NCBI GenBank assembly: GCA_977016875.1
Contig: CDRNST010000275.1
Span: 372,001 to 436,000, forward strand
Direction: 5' to 3'
DNA: 64,000 nucleotides
Origin: Pavona decussata
Taxonomy: Eukaryota
Both the position numbers and the translations under genes were made by a program. Under the pieces are notes generated by a model that was not told where the DNA came from, did not search any database, and was given only the letters and a program-made list of their open reading frames with translations. Positions 49,860-61,435 of this stretch are shown piece after piece. Positions within the stretch are counted from its first letter, which is position 1. Every line of letters starts with the position of its first letter.

Positions 49860-50558
49860 CCAGGTGGGTACATTAAAAATTATTTGGAAATACAAATAAA
49901 ATTACACTGGTGGATTAAAAGCGGTCTGAAATTATTTACAATAAAAATGTTCCCGACGTTTCGGTCGCAATCACGGACCTTCTTCAGGGGAAGTGAAAGA
50001 AAAATTATCCAGAAGCACAGTTATAAACAAGACGCTGATTAAAATTCAGGATATGTGTCATTTTTTCTTGTTAGCGAGAGTCAAGTGTAAATACTCCTTG
50101 GGGAGTAACGCCCCGTCGGCTCGATTGAGTGGGTCTTTGGCGCAATTAATCTCCCAGGCCTCGAGAATCTTTCTTTGGTGCCAATTATTGCTAGTCCTGA
50201 GAATTGTGGCCTCATCCCACGCGATTTCGTGATTTGTTTTTATCACGTGGTCTGCAAGCGCTGATTTTTCGCCTTGTCGTCGTGAGACAACCTTTTGGTG
50301 TTCGCTTTTTCTTGTTATGAATTTTCTCTGCGTTTCGCCAACGTAACTCTTGCCGCAATTAGCACATGGAATGTCGTAAACGGGATCACGAGTATCTTCT
50401 TTATCCATTTGATACAACCTCCCTTGCAGAATCTGTACGGGGGTATAGCACAATTCCATACGTTAGCGGGACCTCTGAGCCAATTAAGAGAGTTCTGGAA
50501 AACCATGGCATCAAAGTGGCATTTAAACCCTATCAGACAATTAGCAAGATGTTTCCAA
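49860..50558 (-). mobile_element. Penelope-like element 3' part (GIY-YIG endonuclease) with inverted 5' segment
   Basis: Minus strand: VYDIPCANCGKSYVGETQRKFITRKSEH..SALADH..H..RKILEAWEI..LNR. Plus strand from ~50420: IPYVSGTSEPIKRVLENHGIKVAFKPYQTISKMFP, the linker that normally precedes the endonuclease. Confidence 0.9.
49950..49992 (-). ncRNA. Minimal type I hammerhead ribozyme
   Basis: Minus strand UUCCC-CUGAAGA-A-GGUC-CGUGAUUGC-GACC-GAAAC-GUC-GGGAA: CUGANGA and GAAA cores, 5-bp stem I, 4-bp stem II, GUC cleavage triplet; located just 3' of a PLE ORF. Confidence 0.85.
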
Positions 50559-50689
50559 NNNNNNNNNNNNNNNNNNNNNNNNNNNNNNNNNNNNNNNNNN
50601 NNNNNNNNNNNNNNNNNNNNNNNNNNNNNNNNNNNNNNNNNNNNNNNNNNNNNNNNNNNNNNNNNNNNNNNNNNNNNNNNNNNNNNNNN
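50559..50689. other. Assembly gap (131 N)
   Basis: Run of N. Confidence 1.
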
Positions 50690-51428
50690 GTTCAAGTTGA
50701 GACAGAATGGGAAATTTACTGTCATATATTCACGTTCTCCACAAAACCTTGAATTTGGTCTTTTCAAGTTGTTGTTTGGCTGTTTACGGCGAAGAAATGC
50801 ACAAAATTTATAACGCAAGTGCAAAGCCTTTGCTTTTCTCATTAAATCCTATTGTTTTGTGGCGTTCTCGTTGCCGTCGCCGTAATAGCTTCTTAAACTC
50901 CCTTGTTAGCCTCCAACTTCGTCGTTTTTTAAAAGGGTAAGATCACACTACAAGCCTAAGTGGGCCACGCGGCCGGAGCTTAGCCCGGTTTCTGTAGCAT
51001 GAAGCAACTAGACTGAGTATTGCTTTAGTTTTGTTTTCGGCAGAGTCTTGGATAAATATCTTTAAGGAGTAGCGTAGCGCGAGGTTAAATAATAAATGGC
51101 TGGAGCAAATTTTTCTTAATTGTTAACGGAGAGAAAATAGTAAATAGAGAGGGAAAGGAGAGCAAAAAATGAGAAGAAAAAAAGGGCAAAGAAAAGTAAA
51201 AGGTTTTTTCCTTTGTTTTCAAAAGTGGAAATGTCATGCATATTTTTATTCCGGGCAGTTCTGTATTAATCCTGCATTCGCCAAGAAGTTAACGCATCAG
51301 TTCCTTGTTTCCTTTCCAGCCGGAATGAAGTACGCCATTGTGCATCTGCTGATATGCTGGTTTCCCAGCTCAGCCGTGGCCGGTCTCTATAAGCCAGCAT
51401 CTTACTCAGTACAAGATCAGGTGCTTAA

Positions 51429-54400
51429 GAGTGGCCGTCTGTAATTTTCGACTAATGTGTTTTGGGTAAGAAAAAATAAAATTCCTCAAACTTTCTCAAA
51501 ACAAAGGACTAGGTAAGTGATTTACATTGATATAACTTTTGGGTGAATCAAATAAATATTTTAGCTGTAGGACGAATAATTTGGTTTTTCAGCTCTCTGA
51601 AGGCACTCAGGGATCATTTTACTACAGATCGTAAACATCTGGGTCTGGAAATAAAGCGTAACTAAAACTAAACGCCAAGTTGGAACTCGAAATCAGAAGA
51701 CATTTATGATTCATTCAGGACGGTTATTTCCAATTTTAATAAAAAGCTGAATATTTTATCGATTTTTTAACTTGTCTCTTTTGTGAGCCATTTCGGCAGT
51801 TACAAAAATCGGCTAAATTCAAATGAAAATATCGCCAATGGTACATTACTAGACTTCATAAAAGTACACCCCAGTTAAAGAGCAACGTCATTCCTTCAAA
51901 TATATGGAATAAAATTTTGGGGCCAGCGTACCTACGAAATTTGACAGTTGAAATTACAAAGTGCACTTTCGTAAACAAACACTAAATTTTCAAATAGCTC
52001 AACGACGACGAGTCAATGACATACGGAGGAAAACAATCTAAAATCCCCTCGTGTCATGAAATACCTGGAGTGAATAAAATATTTTGCTTCCTGTTATAGT
52101 TTTTGTGAATCAAAAACATATTTTCGATGAATCATTCGCGAATTTTGAAAGAAACAAGACAAGTTTTCAAAAAGTATCGTTTAATTGTCACACCACCTGT
52201 TCAAAAGATAAGCAAATTCCGAGCTTCAAAAACAATCTAAATCGATAAATTATTTGACTTCTATTCCATACGTGGGCCAAAGGCTATCTACAAGAAACGT
52301 ACCTTTACAGTGGAGTGTACTTTTGAGGCCAGATGGTGAGGATCTGTGAAACGCACGTAACTGAGTCTCGCAAAAATTTACGAACTTTCAACAAGTTGGA
52401 TTGCGTGACATAAGCACAGAAACTTGTCCGCCCACCTGTCCGTCCATCGATGATCAAGTAATTTCGCGTTCAGTTTGGCAACGTTTACTGAAGGGGTTGA
52501 GAGGTATTAAAGTTAGTCAAAAGTGAGCTTTTGTTTATTTTCTCGTGACAATCATTGGCCCCTATATAACGCAATTGCTACTTAATACAGGTCATGACGA
52601 CACGCGGTTACTCAACCTTCGTCGGTGGAACATGTAGTTTTAGTGCAGCAAATCCTGCAGTGGTGAGGAGTATAGCGCTAGAGAGTTGTTTCAAGGACAG
52701 AAAAGTACGTCTAAAATCACGCGACGTCCGCGATGCTTCCTTGTAAAATGAGGCGCAGTTAATGTTATATACTCGGATTACTCCTAGCTAGAGCAGGTAA
52801 TCAACTGAACCAGAGTAGTAATGCAATAATAACAAATTTATAGTTTGAAGTTACACTATTCCTATCCTTAATTAAGAAAACGTTTACAAATCTGCTTGAT
52901 AAAAAGGACAATTCCAACATAATACCTGGTCAAGATTAAAACTAGCCCGCTATTTGAGTTGCGCTATGTTACTTCTCACGTAGAACTCCCATCCCCTCCG
53001 GGGGAGGGGTAAAGGGTAAGGTGGGGGATGAGGAGGGTCTGTGGTTTCATCGTCTTAGGTGTGGAAAAGTTCAACCAGGCGAGCAGGAGAAGTGAACACA
53101 AACTTCTGGAGAGGAATCGAAAAAACAACCAAAGTAGGAACTTTTTGGTCCCATGCGTTCTCCGTGCATTCCCTCGCAAGCCTTCCCCGGTCTCGGAAAG
53201 GACACGACTGCTACGTAGGCAACGAATTTCAGGGTAAAATGATTTATGTTTAATGGGTACTTTTATATTGTAAGGGTAATGCCGTAAAGATTCATTTTTC
53301 TGATTTTTAAACTACTATGACGTCAATAAATTCCAAAATGATGGGGCGCGCGGAAAGTTTAAAAGCAAAAGTCGTTTCCCTTCCAAGGGAGTAGGAGAAA
53401 TGAACGAAAAATTTCTGGAGACTGAAGGGGAAAAACAACCGAGGTAGGCACTTTTTGGTCCCCTAAGCACTCCATACATTAACTCGCTACCCTCCCCCGC
53501 GAGCCTTCCCCGCTCGTTCATCAACTTTGTTGACGGATATCTCTTTTAGCAGCTGTGCAATATCCGAGGTTAAGGAAAGCTCCACTAAGTAGAATTAGAG
53601 AAGAACAACGATTCCCACGATGAAGACGATCAACCAACAAAGCTCTTCACTTGCCCGGTTGACGGATGTGTAAAACTTTTTCCAGCGTTACAGCTCTTTA
53701 GAGAACCATTTTCAGTACGGTAATATAAATGCGAAATTGTCCTCGAAAGGAAGAACTTATTTGACAAGGCCAGAATCGCCTAGAGAGACAAACTTCTCAG
53801 CTAGTGGCAAGATCCACGCTTCGAGGCCGTGCTGAAGAGTTTCAAACACAAGGCTGGGCACGATAAAGAAGCCTGAACGTTTCACTGAAACTGTAAGAAT
53901 GCTACCTCAGGGGCGTAGCCAGGATTTCTAGGGGGTGGGGGGGGGGGGGGGGGTCCCAAATTGGTTCCAACGAAAACGGTTGGTCTAAAATCCTTACATT
54001 ACGTACGTACAAGACTTTGGCGTTTACGCTACGCAAACAGAAGACGCCTTGGTTGCCCGTTGAGTGAACATGCTTATCACTTCCTTGATATTTATGTCTC
54101 GGTGGTAATTGATGTTCATCAACGCCAGCCCAGACTCTCGCTCGCTTGACATGGTCGACCTCAGGTATGTTTTTAACCTTCTTAGTGTACTGAATGAGCG
54201 CTCACATTCAGTTGACGTTATCGGCAACGTGCACAAAATGCACTCCTTTGACTTCTTGGATGGCGGGCCTGTTTCCTCTGCTTGTTCGACGCTTCCTCTT
54301 TCGCTGCTTTGTCGTCGTTTTGTCTCTTCGGTTCTGGGATTGGAATTTCATCAATATAATCGATGTTAGGGCCGGAAAAATGTCTTGACTCGAATTTCTT

Positions 54401-56815
54401 ACGCATTATCAGTAAATGTTTCGCTGTGCCTACCTTTTTGGTGAAAAGAATGCATCGATCTTTTGCAATCGGGACATTGTTACGAAAGCCACCAGCTCGC
54501 ACAACACCAATGGATCGTCTACTAATTTCGCGGGAATTTCTGCTGTGCACACACGCGCATCTTGTTACACGGGAATCGCAGCTCTGCTCATGTCTCCGAA
54601 AATGCAAGTGAAACGCAAGTAGGTACCACAATGACGTTCACTGTACTTTGTAAGCATAGAACAAAACGAAGAATTTCAGGAATCGAGAGTCCATTATACT
54701 CTTGCTGGGATAAAATCACTGTTAAAAATAGGAGAGGAGGGGTTTCGGAGCCCCTGGAACGCTCCCTTTGGCTACACCCCTGTACCTTGATGAAAAGTTT
54801 CCCATTGGCCAGGAAACCGGCCATAAGCTTCATGCAGCAGCCGTGGCATGTGACATAAGGTTTGCTAAGGACAAAGGCGGAAATAGAAGGTTTACAGTAG
54901 ATGATTTCCTCACACCTCAACAAGTCCAATCTTTATTTTTGCAGAGCGGCTGCTAAGCTAAAGAACAGCCAAGAAGACACCCCTGAAGAAGACATTATTG
55001 CCGCTGAGGGCGGGCGAAGCTGCTTATTTACTAACTCGCCAAACTATTCTTGACCAGTGTCTGTTATCCCATCCAGTCACTTTCGAATCATTTAACCTCT
55101 GTAACTTAAATGCGTCGAATGGATTCAAAGAGCTTAGCATCGTCATGCTCCACAAAATGTGTGAATCTTGACTTTGATTTAATAGATGTCACCCATTTCT
55201 CAACGGCACGTAAGGCACCTTACATCGAATTGCAAAGGTGTCTTGTGGATGAGTGCAGCTGTGCACTTTACCAAAAATTATTGCAAAATTTTTGCATAAG
55301 TCTTGTAACAAAACGGTATATAACAGTTAGCATTTGATGTATTTTCACGTCTTCCATGCCTTCGAGTTGTACTTTACTTCCTTTCGTGGATATTACGTAG
55401 AGAGATGTAGACTTGTTGGCGGAATGTAGGAACCGGAACTAGAATATCTCTTCTAGGCTGTCATTAGACAACAAAGGCGTTTCAGAATTTTTGTCATGAC
55501 TCAGACCCCCTTCTAAGAAACTTACTACATGTGCTACCAGTCTCCTGTAAAGAAAACAAGCAAGGCGGTGCTGCCAATAGAGTTAGTAAAATCCAGCTGA
55601 AGCCGGACTGCACCCAGACTGAAAATCGGCGATAAATTAACGCAGGTTAGGGGAAACATAGAATGTTCAGTTTCTGCAATGGGCGCTTGATTGCTTTCTT
55701 GTTTAGCTAAGTAGTCTGTATCCGATATCCTCTCATTTGATATCGCATCAAATGAAAAAACGTTTTCTCTAAAACTGATATCAGATAATCATTTGCGCGG
55801 CTCGGCACTCAGGTCTTCCCGACCCGAGTGATCTGGGGACGACAATGTGTATGTAACGCAATCTTTTTCGCCTTGATCAGGAGATCTCTCGCTGCTTCAT
55901 GCACCACAGAAAAGATACTTCTATTGTCGGAAAGGGAACATTAGCTTGACGACCTCAGTTGTTGTAAGGATCTCGAGAGTCGTTGGATCTTTCGAATACC
56001 GTAAAACATTCAGTTTTTCCGTGACGAACAGCGGGAGTTACAGTCAAAGAATGGTCAAATCGAGTCAAAGTTTGTCGAAGACTGTATAAACTTCACCACA
56101 AATTCCGCGAAAACATGTTTCCATTCCGCCATCCCACTGGGAAGGTAACTGAAAGCATTCCTTTTTCTCCAAGTCAGAGTATCTTAAGCACGTTAGTGGA
56201 TTTTGTAATGTTTTTCCTTCGTATTTCATTGACTCGTCGTTGTTGAGCTAATTAAAGATTGCGTTTGTTTACAAAAGTGCACTTTGTAATTTCAACTGTC
56301 AAATTTCGTAGGTACGTTGGCCCCAAAATTTTATTCCATATATTTGAAGGGAAGACGTTGCTCTTTAACTGGGGTGTACTTTTATGAAGTCTAGTAATGT
56401 ACCATTAGCGATATTTTCATTTGAATTTAGCCGATTTTTGTAACTGCCGAAATGGCTTACAAAAGAGACAAGTTAAAAAATTGATAAAATATTCAGCTTT
56501 TTATTAAAATTGGAAAATAACCGTCCTGAATTAATCATAAATGTCTTCTGATTTCGAGTTCCAACTTGGCGTTTAGTTTTAGTTACGTTTTATTTCCAGA
56601 CCCAGATGTTTACGATCTGTAGTGAAATGATCCCTGAGTGCCTTCCGAGAGCTGAAAAACCGAAATATTTGTCCTGCAGCTAAAATATTTATTTGATTGA
56701 CCTGAAAGTTACATGAATGTGAATTACTTATCTAGACCTTTCTTCTGAGAAAGTTTGAGGAATTTTATTTTTTCTCACCCAAAACACATTAGTTGAAAAT
56801 TACAGACGGCCACTC
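51429..56815 (+). mobile_element. Sola3-like DNA transposon (internally deleted/decayed), ~600-bp TIRs
   Basis: TTAA TSD (51425-51428, 56816-56819); GAG...CTC termini; TIRs ~51429-52035 and ~56210-56815. Relic coding pieces at ~52594-52800 and ~53620-54960 (LFTCPVDGCVK..LENH; YLDEKF.IGQETGHK..RRFTVDDFLTPQQVQS). TTAA plus GAG plus very long TIRs matches the Sola3 description. Confidence 0.85.
53908..54782 (-). mobile_element. Non-autonomous hAT element (5-bp TSD) nested in the Sola3-like element
   Basis: TIR CAGGGGCGTAGCC / GGCTACACCCCTG; TSD TACCT (53903-53907, 54783-54787); minus-strand hAT dimerisation-domain relic TLPITSTECERSFSTLRRLKTYLRSTMSSER. Confidence 0.88.
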
Positions 56816-59530
56816 TTAAAAATCACACCATCATGGCTGGCCCCGCAGAGCGAATAGTAGAGTGTGTTATGCAGTGCATAGATCATCCTGGTTGCCATAG
56901 CAGCAACTTTTATCACAAGGACAGAGTGTGTGAGCTGAATGACAAGACACATGCGTCTCACCCTGAAGATATGAGAGAAGAGTATTTCACTATCTACATG
57001 GAAAACACTTTCAGACCATTCACCTGCTGTAAAGACTCCGACTGTGGCAGTAATTTGCTTTGCATGCCATCGATGAGTTGTGAAGGTAGGTGCAATCTTC
57101 AAATACCCGCATTCCTGGGGAGCTGAGCCCACAGTTTGCTTTAGAACAAACGCGTTTATACTGAAAGAATTGCAGCTTGTTTTTTAATATGCCTTTGAAG
57201 CATGCGTTGCTAGTAAAATTGTTCACTTGTTTAACTTGAACGATTCTGTCCTGAGATCAATCTCGTTTTTGTACGTTACTTGTGAATCTGTAGAAGGAAC
57301 TCCGAGCGTGTGACATGAGAATGTAGTGCAATTTGTTTCTCGGAATTTTGCACAACAAACAGCGTCCATTTGTTATTTTTTCGATAGAATGCGTCGTCCG
57401 CGCACTTGGAATGGAAAACAATGACATACCAGACTCAGCTGTAACGGCTTCATCGTCTTGGTCAGATAGCCAGCATGAGCCGTGGCGAGGTCGTCTCAAT
57501 AATGTACCTAATGACGATGGCTGGGGTTGCTGGATTGCGGGAGCCTCGAATCAAGGAGAATGGCTGCAAATTGATCTTGGAAAGGAGAAGCTGCTGACAA
57601 AACTCGCCACACAGGGAAGGCCTTCCTTTGACCATTGGGTGCGGTCATACAAAATTCTGTTCAGTTTAGACGGAACTAACTGGAAGGAATATAAGGAAAA
57701 TGGTGTTGTGAAGGTAACTGTGGTGCAAATTTATAAAAACGCTTGTACTATATAAACAGGACCACAAACACATTTAAAATAATTAAACAACCAAATTTGA
57801 CTGAAGTCTACCAAAACCAAACTTTATCCGACTCTTTTGAACGCGATGGTTGGCGCGTTATTGGGAAACATTGTAAACGTGAAAAATCAAAACTACTAAA
57901 AATCGTTTAAAGAAATCGACTTGTTTAGTCAGAATTTCCAACGGAAAAAGTTTTGCAACATCGTTATCGGCTGAGCAAAACCACAATAAAGTTTTATCTG
58001 GTAGGAAGTTGTTAAACGCATGTTAGATGACTCTCAGTGGCTGATGACAATGACCTCAAAACGAACCAACTAAAACAGTCGAGGAGCGCGGGAAATCGTT
58101 TCAGCACGCGGGACAGGTAGTACGGCTTTGGTGTTTTGCAACTGTCTCTAGATTTTAAAGGCAATAATTAGAGAGCGCAGTACAGCAAACAAGACTCAAA
58201 GGCGTAAAGTGAATAACACAAGTATTTTCGTTTAACAAGATAGTACTTAATTCTCAGAAGGCAATAGCAACGGCAGACTAGTAAGAAAAGGGAATTAACG
58301 CACAAGATTGGAATTCAGAACTTTAAGGTTTATACAATCAAAGATAATGCGCTCATACTTTTATTTCAAATAAAATTTATGTATCTCTTTTTGTAGGGAG
58401 CCGACGTGAAAGAAGTTAGCGGCGCGGGACGTGTAATCTTGAGCCCCCAGGCTAAAGTCCAGCTCCAATTTAGAGCCAAGCTTTGTATATAGGCAACTGA
58501 TATGCCTCCCACCCGTTGGGATATTTAACAAATGTTTTTCTCAGTTTGCATATTTATTTTTTACCGCGTTATAGTGTCCCTAATTAAGGCCACAGCGCCA
58601 AATACACAAGCAAAACTTAAATAAAACTTCTTATATTTATATATAATATATATATTTATATTTTTACTCAGGTCTTTTCCGGAAATTCAGACCGTGGAAC
58701 AATCGTGTCACACTTCTTAACGTCAAGGTTTACGGCCAGATATGTGCGCTTTTACGTGGTATCGTGGTACAAGTACATATGCATGCGAGTTGAGCTGTAC
58801 GGATGCTCTCCAGGACCATAAGTTAATGTAAAAAACTATTTTCAATCTCAAGTAATGGAAATGAGGATTGTCATTAAAATTGTGCATGCGCATCAATAGT
58901 TAACATCAATATTATGGGAGATCAGTAAAAAGAAGTTAGACAGCAAGGTAATATGTTGAACAGCATAAGTTTTACTGATGTAGAAAGCAAATGACCATAT
59001 GCAAAGGGAACACGAGGTGCGTACGTACATAAAACGAAGAGCAACTATTACTAGGAAACCCTCTTCAATTTCATGCCTTCGAAGACCTTCTTTCAAAACG
59101 ACGTGAGTCTTAACACATACCGACAGAATGACTTCAGGATTTATTTATTTTAACTGAAACATGTTGCGGTGAGTAATGAGACTGAATTAAGGTTCTACAA
59201 TATTCCTGTGAACTACACGACCGAAGCCCTCTGCAGGTTAACGTCTATCTACCATATAGGTAAGTTGCGCTGTTGAAGCACAGCCGAAGCTGGCATGTTG
59301 CTGATTGGTCATTTCCAGCAAATTCTTTTCCAGCGTCTCTTCTCTTCTCGCTCCCTGGGAAGTGAAGAGGAAAGAGCCTGGGACCGAGGTTGCATCTCTA
59401 GAAGTGCTCTTCCCAGAATTAGCATATTTTGAAAATAGGAAGAGAGAAAATTTATTTGTTTTGTCGCACATTACAGATTTTATCAAGAACTGGATCATTA
59501 TACTGACTGCCAATCCAGGAATTTAACTCG

Positions 59531-59563
<33 letters not shown>

Positions 59564-61059
59564 GCTCGTGGAATAATTGTTATAGTTATACACATTGGCA
59601 CGTATACAAATAAGTTAGGTGACGGAGAATCCTGGACAAGAAGCCGAGGGCTTATGAGGTCCAGGATTCTTCCAGCTTACAACATAGCCATACAGTGTAG
59701 TTCAGTGGAAACAGGCAAACTTTACAGAAAAAGCTGAATACAACCAAATGTACTACATAACAATTATGGCACATTGGTCACAAAATGTTTAGAAATTAAA
59801 ATAGTAGAGGCGCAATTAATTAAAACGAAAATGCAAAATGCACTGGCGAATGACCTGTCGTGGTCTTAAATGAGATTTCCAAATCCCTCTCTGTATAATT
59901 ATAACAGAAATCAAATTCTTCGATCACTTTTAGACTATGGTACAGAATACTGGAAGATGATTCAGGCAAACTAAGACACAGAGAAATCTAATACAGTTCT
60001 TAGTGTTATTTCAAATACCGTTATTTTCCTTAGATCTCTTTCATGCTTATCGTAGAGCTACGTGATCACAACTAAAGCAAAGTCACAATTCTGTGAGGTC
60101 TAAAGACTGGCATACAAATGCGATAAGCATAAGCACAAGGTGATATACGCAGGCGCAGTGAATTAAACTTTTGGCGCCAAAATTTTAAATCCAAGATGGC
60201 GGACGCCGAGGAGGTATTAAGCAACGAGGCCGAGACGCTGTTGCTTGTTCTTTTCATGTGCTTACGCTTGCGTCATCCCGGTTTACCCGGGAGACATAAC
60301 GATGCAAACATGTGCGCAAGGGCAAGAAAAAGGAACGATTTCCTTTTCTTGTGCTTGCGTTTATGCTTGCGATTATATTTGCGTAGCCCCGTTCACACGT
60401 TGATTTCTTGTGCTTGTGCTTGCACTTATGGTTATTCTTGCATCGTAGGTGTAAATCAAATGTCCAGGAGTAAACTAATCCCCGACCTCCACTTATGGTG
60501 GCGAGGGGTGAATGCTACTGTCTTATAATTAAACGATAAAATTAACCGTTGCCTTATGGCATTATACTATCTACCTAATCTAGGTCTAATTTAAGCGTAA
60601 TACAGGCTTGAAAGGTTGCAAAATTTGGAGCTAGGGAAGTTCAAGAAATAGATTTATTCTGCGTATAGACACTGAAAATATATAAACTGACTTTGCTTTT
60701 ACGGAAGAGAACGCCTGATAGGCTTCCATACCCTGCGATACAAGCGGCAGTCAAAATTCGTTTTCGCACGTCATCAAATGTCTCTCCCTAAACGGAACGC
60801 TTCATTGTCGAATGAATGAAAGTAATACCAATTTCACGCATGCTAAACATTTTCTTGCCCCTCCATCGTAGACCTCATGTAATTTTTCTTGTTCGGCACA
60901 ACCAATCACAGAGTGAAGAGGTCAATGACGTATGAAAACTTTGATTTGACTCGGTGTTAACCTCTAACTGGTCGATTTAAATTTGAGACGCACGGACCGT
61001 ATGGTAGGAGTCTAGTGACTAGAAAACCTGTTGCTCTCGGATTCTGGATGGAATTGGAA

Positions 61060-61412
61060 TTTGAAAATCTTGATGAATCACGAACTGACTGGATGACTGA
61101 CTGACTGACCAACTGATTAACTACTGACTTGCTGGGTGTCTTACTAACTGACTGATTGACTGGCTGCGCCGGCTGGCTGACTGACTGCCCGGCTTGCTGA
61201 CTGAATAATTGACCCACTGACTCGCTGCATGACTGAATTATGATTAACTGACTAACTGTCTGGCTGACTGACTGACTGTCTGACTGTCTGACTGTCTGAC
61301 TGTCTGACTGTCTGACTGTCTGACTGACTGACTGACTGACTGGCTGACTGGTTGACTGCCTGATTGACTGACTGGCTAGCTGACTGACTGAAAGACTGAC
61401 TAACGAACTGAC
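61060..61412. repeat. (ACTG)n / (GACTGTCT)n microsatellite
   Basis: Tetra/octanucleotide run orthologous to 21925-22295. Confidence 0.9.
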
Positions 61413-61435
61413 CAAAAGCCTAAGGAACAGAACAG

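Larger units (their letters stand above)
51325..58821 (+). pseudogene. PAN-discoidin gene copy 5, exon 1 interrupted by a transposon
   Basis: Exon 1 halves 51325-51428 and 56820-57085 sum to 370 nt; exon 2 57388-57713; exon 3 58672-58821. The frame is open once the insert and one TTAA are removed. The first PAN Cys is changed to Tyr (GLYKPASY). Confidence 0.9.

Noticed and set aside
50295-50842. Long ORFs spanning the N run
   Set aside because: Artefacts of translating through the assembly gap.
52939-53592. Possible additional nested element inside the Sola3-like transposon (internal repeat AAAACAACC.AGTAGG.ACTTTTTGGTCCC twice)
   Set aside because: Termini and TSD could not be defined; insufficient support to call.
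10777-57629. Diversity-generating retroelement-like mechanism for the hypervariable codon given nearby reverse transcriptases
   Set aside because: No template/variable repeat pair or adenine-specific pattern; the nearby RTs are ordinary BEL, Gypsy, LINE and Penelope types.
60957-61415. SQSV-repeat ORFs (also 37578-37763) and poly-Ile ORF 22543-22758
   Set aside because: Translations of (ACTG)n and (GAT)n microsatellites.
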